Of a DNA stretch of 64,000 nucleotides, positions 56,511-64,000 are shown piece by piece. The notes under the pieces were generated by a model. That model saw nothing but the letters and a program-made list of their open reading frames with translations. It had not been told where the DNA came from and ran no database searches. This stretch comes from Gordius albopunctatus (lineage: Eukaryota), in contig OZ193909.1 of the NCBI GenBank assembly GCA_964276515.1, positions 13,888,001 to 13,952,000 on the forward strand. Direction: 5' to 3'. The position numbers and the translations under genes are program-made. Numbering within the stretch: position 1 is the first letter of the stretch; every line of letters begins with the position of its first letter.

Positions 56511-56897
56511 TGGGATTTTGAAATCGTACATATGGAAATTTGAAATCTTAGTTGTGGCCAAATCGTAGTTTCGGGATTCTGGCCTTTCGGGATTTAGAGG
56601 GGTTCCCATAATAAAACAATATAGTCTATGGATTTATCTATACATATGCCTCAAACTTGTCATTATTTATTGTAGACAATTTAATATTGATAAAAAGAAC
56701 GTCATTGGCTTTAAGATTTCTTGCTTAATACTCTGAGCAAGTCAAAATAGCATTCCTGCATATTGAACAAGTCTTTATTTGTACTCCTGTAAAGTATTTT
56801 ATGTTTTTATAAATATTCTTAAATTATTTTCATAATAAAGCCAGGTGTTTGTGACATTTATATTTCATTATTTAAATATAATATAATATGAACGTTT

Positions 56898-59800
56898 TAG
56901 TGTTGGTAAGAGAATCTTTATTAATTTTTGGAGATGACAAAACAAAACGCACGATTAAACATTTGTAGCGAAGATGTAGTATTAAAACATAGGAATAGAT
57001 ATGTTACGAACATTAATGGGATAGAGTAACGTAATCCTGTAGTTATGTCATGGGATGTAGTGAGGAGAAGAATTCAATGTAATTAGAGAATTATGTGTCA
57101 CCTCTACAAATTTTCAATTGGCTACCTAATGTCGCCAATGTCTAAACATTGCAATACTCCCCTTCCAGATATATTTAAAGTTTTAAATATGTCGATAAAA
57201 ATTGACTGAAAATTATGTGATGTATTCACGAAGGTTTTTCGGCCAATGGACTTTTCTGCCTTTTCTAGTTTATTTGGCTGGTTCTTCTGCCTCTTGTGTT
57301 GTTGCTTCAGCTTGAGTTTCGTCGGCGGTCTGAAAGAATGGTTCCTCTTTACTTAGATGGCAGGGTTTTAATCTGTCTATTGATACTGAATCTCTTTTAC
57401 CATGTTTTTCTATGACGAAGTATTTGGGTTCGCGTTTTAAAACTTTAAACGGTCCGTCATACGGTGAGGTGAGTTGACTACCAACTGTGTCGTTTCTGAC
57501 GAAAACATGAGGTGTTTCTAACAAATCTTAACTAACCTGGTCTTTTGGTTTCCTGTGGTGTTGCGGTATGGGGTACGGTATTGCAATCATTGCCTTTCTT
57601 AGTTTGTCTACAAACATATGCAGTTCCGCTACCGATTGTTGGTTGGCCTCAGGTTGCTCTAGAAATTAATCTCCAGGGAGTCTTATGTTGGTTCCATATA
57701 CGAGTTCAGATGGTGTTAGTCTAATGTCTTCCTTGATTGTGGCACGGATACCAAGTAACGCAAGTGGAAGAACTTTACTCCATTTGATTTTTTCGGTGGC
57801 TTTTAACGATGCCTTTGTGATAGGCGGTGGTTTTTATATGTTTGCACCCTAATGTGTTGGAAAGTTGTCTGAGAAGTCCTAACTGAAACTGAGATCCTCT
57901 GTCGGTAGTAATTGTACTTAGGACACCGTAATTGGCTATCCAACTTTCAATTAGCTTGGAAACGATCTCTTCGTTAGATGTTTTTTTGAGTGGAACGGCG
58001 ATGGGCCATCTCGAGAAACGATCGATTGCTGTCAAAATGTGAGTTAAACCGTTTGAAGGTGGTAGTGGTCCAACTAAATCGACATATATGTGTGAGAATC
58101 GTGCGTCTGGTTCTGCAAAAGTTCCGGGCGTCGTTATAGTGTGTTTATGATAGAGATGCACCGATACCACTATTTTGTGCCGATACCGATACCAGCCGAT
58201 ACTTAAGATTTTTTTGCCGATACCGATACCATGCCGATACTTATAATAAAAAATTTTTATACTAAAAAATATATGCAAATTAAATATTATAAATTAAGTC
58301 ACATCCAAATTTTGGTAGATCAGAATTTTGACGATAAAACAATTGTAATATAATATTAATTTATAATAATAAATTTTGTTATTAATTAATTCATAAGTAT
58401 TGTAATTAATAGATCAAAAAAGAAATTTAAATTTTATTATGGTACACTTTATATTTTATTAATACATAAATTTATTTTATAAAAAAGGAAATATACGTGT
58501 AATATGCTTAAATTAAAAACTAATATTGAAAATTTAGTTCTCTTATGTTCAACTTAACAATTGTTTATTGTTCTATTTTCTCCAAAAGAAGCCTTCTTCT
58601 CCTATTAGAATCTATCTCACTCATCATACTGAATAATGATTCTGATGGTACTGTTGTTGGTGGTGGGCCTAGATATCTTCTGGCTAATTTCAGAAAAATA
58701 ACGTCGACTTAGAATGAAATATTTAGGACACATTTTTTTATTAATCTATTAAATCCAATATCTTCTACAATTGAAAAGGGTTGTGACTTGTGAGTCCAAT
58801 GCAATCATTTCAGCAATTAATTGAGTAATACTCTCTGCTTTATTATGTGTACTATCCCACATTTTATTAAGTTCAATCACTTCCTTTAATGTAGATTGAA
58901 TACCAGAAGCTGGTTTTTGTTTATTCAAATTAATCTTTTTTGTATTAATATCACTTTAATTTTTAAGAACACTGCGAAATTCGATTGGATGTCTAGTTTT
59001 TAAATGTTTCCTTAAATTTGAAGTATTAACGGAATCTTTGTCTTTGCCCCCACGACTTATTTTAGCTTTGCATAATTCACAGATTACAATATTTTCATCT
59101 GCTGACACAACAAAATAACTCCATAGTGTATCTAAAGAACCCATTTAAGGCTTAATATATAATAATTTTTAAAATAATATTTACTTAAAAGCGGAGTTAT
59201 TCGGAACAGATGGTGAATGAGTTTATTATACTCAACATAGAAATATTTATAGCCAATCAAATGAAACAATTTTAAAAAAATTTAAAAAGTCCTCTATTTT
59301 TTAATGGTAGGAGATACTATAAATATTATTTTTTGAGTTTCATATTGAAAAAGGTATCGGCTTGGTAATTGCCGATACTAGCAATGTATCGGCAAATACT
59401 TTTGGCAAAGTATCGGCGCCGATACCATGCCGATACTTGGTATCGGTGCATCTCTAGTTTATGAACTTTGTTTAGTTGGCATTTTAAACAACACTTAGCC
59501 CAATTTCTAACGTCTTGGTTCATCGAAGGCCAGACTACTCGATTTGTAATTATCTTCAAAGTGGCGCGTATGCCTGGGTGTGATATAGCGTGGAAATGGT
59601 CGAAAACTGTTTTTCTGAGTGTTTCTGGAATGACCGGTCGAGGTTTGGTAGTTGAAAGATCGCAAAGGATTTTTCTCTCGAATGCTGGCATTGGCAATAA
59701 CTGTAACTTTAAAGATGATGATTCCTTTAAGCTTTTCAGGGATTTGTAATTTATCTGTTGTCTGCTAACTCTTCTAGATCGGGCATTTCTGGCAACTTGA

Positions 59801-62290
59801 TAGCATCCACTCCTAACCGAGAAAGTGTGTCCGCGACTCATTTCGCTTTGCCTTAGATGTATTGTATATCTGTGGTAAATTGAGATATAAAATCCAGTTG
59901 CCTGGTTTCTCGTGGCGAGTATTTGTCAGGTTTCGCATTAAATGCGTAGGTTAAGGGCTTATGGTCGGTAAAAACGGTGAAGTGTCGACCTTCTAACATG
60001 TGTCAGAAGTGTTTGATAGATAGGTAGATGGCGAGGAGTTGTCGACTGAACGTGCTGTACCGTGACTGAGCTGGTTGAAGTTTAACCGAAAAAAATGCCA
60101 CAGGCGAAGTTTTTTCTGATACAGTTTGTTCCAACACTGCACCCACCCATGAATTGGAGGCGTCTGTCGTCAACGTAATTTTGGTTTTTGGGCTGGTGTC
60201 CTAATAATTTAGAGTCGTGAATTCACTGAGCGCGTCTTTAGCCTTGTCGAACGCTTTGATCTGACTGTCGTTTAAAACGACGGATTTTCGAGGATTTTTA
60301 AGTATGTCAGTTATTGGCTGTAGGGTGTGTGCCATTCCTGGTAAGAATCTCCGGTAAAAATTTATCATACCGAGGAATCTACGGAGTTTTTTACTTGAAT
60401 CCGGAATTGAAAAATTTTGAATGGCATCAATCTTCTCTGGTAGGGGGTTTATACCCGTAGAAGATATTCTGTGTCCCAGAAATTCTAATTCTCCGACTCC
60501 GAATTGGCACTTGGCAGGATTGATCCTCAAATCATACTCTTGTATACGTTTAGCAACGGTTTTTAGGAGCCTTTCATGGTCCGCGTCGGACGAACTAGCT
60601 AATAGTATATCATCTATATATGCGTAGGTTCCTTCTATCCCTCTTAAAACTACGTCGATAAACCTCTGGAAAGTTTGTGCGGCGTTTTTTAACCCAAAAG
60701 GCATTCTACGAAATTCGTAGAGTCCGAACCGTGTCGTTACGGCTGTCTTGCAAATGTCATCTTGTGCAGCCGGAATATGATGGTAAGCTCTTACCAAATC
60801 CAATTTAATAAAGACTGTTTTTCCGCATAGATTTGCTGTGAAATCGCGGATGTGGGTTATTTGGTATCGGTCGGGAACCGTTACTTTGTTCAGGCTTCTA
60901 TAGTCCCCGCAGGGTCTCTAATCGCCAGATTTCTTAATTGCCAAGTGTAAGGGGGAAGCCCAATTGCTTTGTGATTCCCTGATAATGCCGAGTTCTAGCA
61001 TATACTCAAATTCTTTTTTAGCTGCTTGTAGCTTGTCGGCCGCCAATCGTCTGGGGCGTGAATATTGTGCTGGGCTTTTGGTTATTATATGATGAAGAAC
61101 GTCGTGAGCTGGTATTTGTTGGGAAAAATATAGAGGTGATAGGAGCGACGGAAAATCTTTTAACATGGCCTCTAATTTAGAATTCTGATAAGTGAATGCT
61201 ACACGAATTCCAAACGTTTGGTGAGGCGAGGTGAATCCTCTTGATGATAGGTGTGTCACTCCGTCGCTTAATATTTTTTTTTGATGTCCACAATTAAATT
61301 GTGTTTGTGTAACAGATCAGCTCCTATAATCGGCGTGTGAACGTCTGCTATCAGGAAAATCCATTGTATCTCACGTCTTAGGCCTAGGTTTAAAGCTAAC
61401 CTTTTGTCCAAAAGTGCAGATGTTACTTTTGTTGGCAGCTTGCAAAACCGGACCATTTAGAATTTTGGGGAAATTGGTTGGCGGTGGAATAATGCTCACT
61501 TCGGCACCAGTGTCGATAAGAAATTTTTGTTTCGACGTTTGGTACATAATGTAGAAAAGACGAATGTTTGAATCTGAGCCAGTAGTAGCCGTCGTCTGAA
61601 CCACCCGGCCTGTTAGTTTTTTTGATTGTCATCACTGAAGGCGCAGGACTTTACGCCTTTGCGAGCCTTGTCCTGGAATTTGGAATGATAATAACAGTAT
61701 GGGTGCTTTTGTGTCCTGATCCGTGAATTACTTCTTGTCCGTACTCTTCCATGGTAGGAACGTTGAGATAAATTGTTTATCTTTACCTCTAAATTACTAA
61801 TTTTTTGTGTTAAATCCTGTATTGCCTTGTCAATATCTGTGGATTTAACTATAGAAGTAATATTACTATTTTGTGACATTGTTTCATATATCCGGTCAGC
61901 GACTTCAGCTAAACTTGATAGAAAATTTTCCTCCCCCAAACAGGTTAGAATTCCAGTAATCTCTTTAGGCATTTTGTTTACCTATAAGTTCCTAAGAATT
62001 GTATCGCTCATTTGATGCTCTCCTAGTAGGGACTTTAAATGTCGTAATAATTGAGATGGGGATTTTTCACCCATGTAAATTTATTTAAAAAGGTTTTGGA
62101 TTCTCTTAGTGTCACTTTGTCCAATTTTTTTTAATCAATGCTTGTTTTAAGGCATCATATGGATTCTCTTCAGGGATGTTAAGGATGAGATCTGCGACCT
62201 CTTCTGCCACTTCTACGGGGAGAGATTCTAATAAATATGCCTATTTTACCTTCTGAGAAGATATCTTCCTGGTTGAGAATATAGCATCGA
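56898..62290 (-). mobile_element. Gypsy/Ty3 LTR retrotransposon (second family): gag-PR-RT-RH-IN plus 3' LTR (~56898-57156); degenerate, 5' end lost
   Basis: FLIDTGAEVS, YIDD, HPGIRAT...WAKCCLKCQ, VDLVGPLP...TDRGSQF, GPF motif; polypurine tract GGAAGGGGAG at 57157-57166 on the minus strand. Confidence 0.92.
58151..59456 (-). mobile_element. Internally deleted hAT element (BED finger + hATC remnant) inserted in Gypsy integrase
   Basis: TIR TAGAGATGCACCGATAC; TSD gtttatga at 58143-58150 and 59457-59464; ORF 58956-59144 LWSYF...CELC...NTSNLRKHLKTRH. Confidence 0.93.
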
Positions 62291-63035
62291 CCTGTGCTAT
62301 CCAAATCTGCCTATCCACAAACATCAATTCAAAATGATTGAGATGCTTGTTTGGTTTCGCGCTCCGTTGCTCATTTACTTTCGAGCAGCGACACCAAACA
62401 ACATTACAACCTTCGCTCATTGGTGTTTGATAAATCTGGCCACAAATGGCTTGAGGCTTACACCCTAAATATTCAAATATGATGTTGGAGGATCCCGAGC
62501 TATCTCTACAGTATAGCTCTACGCCTTAGCATTAAATACACCAAACCATATGCCTGTAGGAATTGCGACTTGCCAGTTGACGAAGAAGCCCTTCATCCAT
62601 TACATTGTAGTTTAAACAAATTCAGACACATACGACACTCTAAAATCAACTCCATCATCCAGTCAGCCCTTAAAAAGGCTAAAATCCCCTCCATTCTTGA
62701 TCCGTCAGACCCTTCTCTTGAGGGTCGAATGCGCCCTGACGGCTCCTCACTTGTTCCTTGGGAAAATGGTCTATTCTTAAAATGTGACTTTACATACATT
62801 TATTTGTTTGCCCCTTCAAATCTCAATTATGATCCAATGGCCCTCGCCGAGGCCGCAAATTAACAAAATACAAGGCCCTTTTAAGCTCAAGTATTTTTAT
62901 CCCCATAGTTTCATCCTCTTCCGGCTCTTATGGGAAAATGCCATTAGCCTTTTTTAAAGAGCAGACGATCTCCTCCTTCTAAATATTCTCCCGCATTTCT
63001 ACTAAAACAATCAATTGCAATTTTAATCGCAAAAA
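62290..63035 (+). mobile_element. CRE-like non-LTR 3' fragment A
   Basis: HPLHC...RHSKIN...RPDGSSLVPWENG; homologous to 18137-19080. Confidence 0.8.
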
Positions 63036-63769
63036 CGGATCGGGTCACGAGTGGCTAGAAGCTTATCCTAGTTCACTTTTTGGACTGATGTTAGAGGACC
63101 CAGAGCTTGCATACTCTATCGCCCTCAGACTAGGAATTCTCTATTCAAAGGAATATTCCTGCCGCAAATGCTCCCAGAACGTTTTACAATAAAATTAAAT
63201 ACACAAGGCACGAAAAGGTTAATAGCCTTATCCAAGCCGCTCTTAAAATTTTGAGCCTTCTGACCCTTCGTTAGAGGGAAGGATGCGACCAGACGGCTCT
63301 ACCCTCATCTCTTGGCAAAATGGTCTTGCCTTTAATGGGATTTCGCCTGCATAGACATTTTCGCCCCCTCTAACCAAAACTACAACGCTCTCACCCTCGC
63401 CGAACACCGCAAAACGGTAAAATACCAGGCCCTCCTACCCTCGAATATCTTTACTCCAATCGTTGCCTCATGTTCTGGGACTTTTAGTCCTGTCGCCATC
63501 AAGCTTTTTAAAGATATCAGCCGTCGCTGCCCGCCCTCTAAATATTCCACAAATTTTTTACTTAAACAAAAAATTGGTATTTTAATAGCAAAGTACAATT
63601 TTAAATCCCTAGCCGACAGCTGGCCACTTTTATTAGATGATTCATGCGACGCTTTTTAATTATAATTTTTTTTTATTTTGTTTTATTCCCGCTCTTATAT
63701 TTTTCGAATTTTAACACTTCGTTTTTTATAACTTTCTTACATTCAAATAAACAATACATACAAAAAAAA
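63036..63769 (+). mobile_element. CRE-like non-LTR 3' fragment B with polyA end
   Basis: GSGHEWLEAYPS, RPDGSTLISWQNG, ADSWP; AATAAA and A-run at ~63746-63769. Confidence 0.8.
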
Positions 63770-63841
63770 TGTTAGGTCTAAAGCTTCAATTGCCCCTCCT
63801 AATTGTTGATTTTGTAATTGCACAGTAATTAATAATATGAA

Positions 63842-63995
63842 CATGTGCGTAGCCAGGGCCCCCCCCCCTAAATGGCGAAAATAAAATTCAATGCAAAAAC
63901 CCTTAAGAATTAAAAAAAATTATGTTTTGCCCCTCCCTAATTGAACTTTTAAATGTTTTGCCCCCCCCCCCTAATCTAAAACCTGGGTAGGCCTA
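63842..63995. repeat. Short G/C-tract MITE of the CATGGGCGTAG/CAGTGGCGTA type; related copies at ~5026, 8090, 13220, 14040, 29945, 34840, 39948, 44691, 47830, 51330, 52225
   Basis: Recurrent ends (GGCGTAGC / GCTACGCCCATG) with poly-G/poly-C tracts. Confidence 0.6.
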
Positions 63996-64000
63996 TGAAA

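Overview
AT-rich, intron-containing eukaryotic DNA from an invertebrate animal (species not identifiable from sequence alone), heavily colonised by transposable elements. Host genes reconstructed by manual splicing: ATP synthase subunit f (658-1113 +), mitochondrial ribosomal protein L46 (11394-12330 -), a DMRT4/5-like DM-domain gene (42037-42831 +), DDX47/RRP3 helicase (45835-50466 -, 11 exons), a possible secreted-protein gene (13521-18107 +), and an unannotated 4-exon secreted protein (28318-29309 -) with features of an Unpaired/IL-6-type four-helix cytokine. Mobile DNA: three long RTE LINEs plus a fragment and an RTE-derived SINE, two Gypsy/Ty3 families, CRE-type non-LTR fragments, many hAT/Tc1 MITEs with TSDs, a Helentron-like element and a FLYWCH/MULE relic. 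Highlights: (1) the candidate cytokine, with kB-like and STAT sites upstream; (2) a twister ribozyme reconstructable from two RTE 5' ends, one copy starting at the predicted cleavage site; (3) an RTE-derived SINE with a different structured RNA module in the twister position; (4) a 2.3-kb foldback composite transposon with an 8-bp TSD 85 bp upstream of DDX47; (5) a 6.5-kb diverged Gypsy/hAT palindrome; (6) 36-45 nt introns. All homology calls are by motif recognition, not database search.
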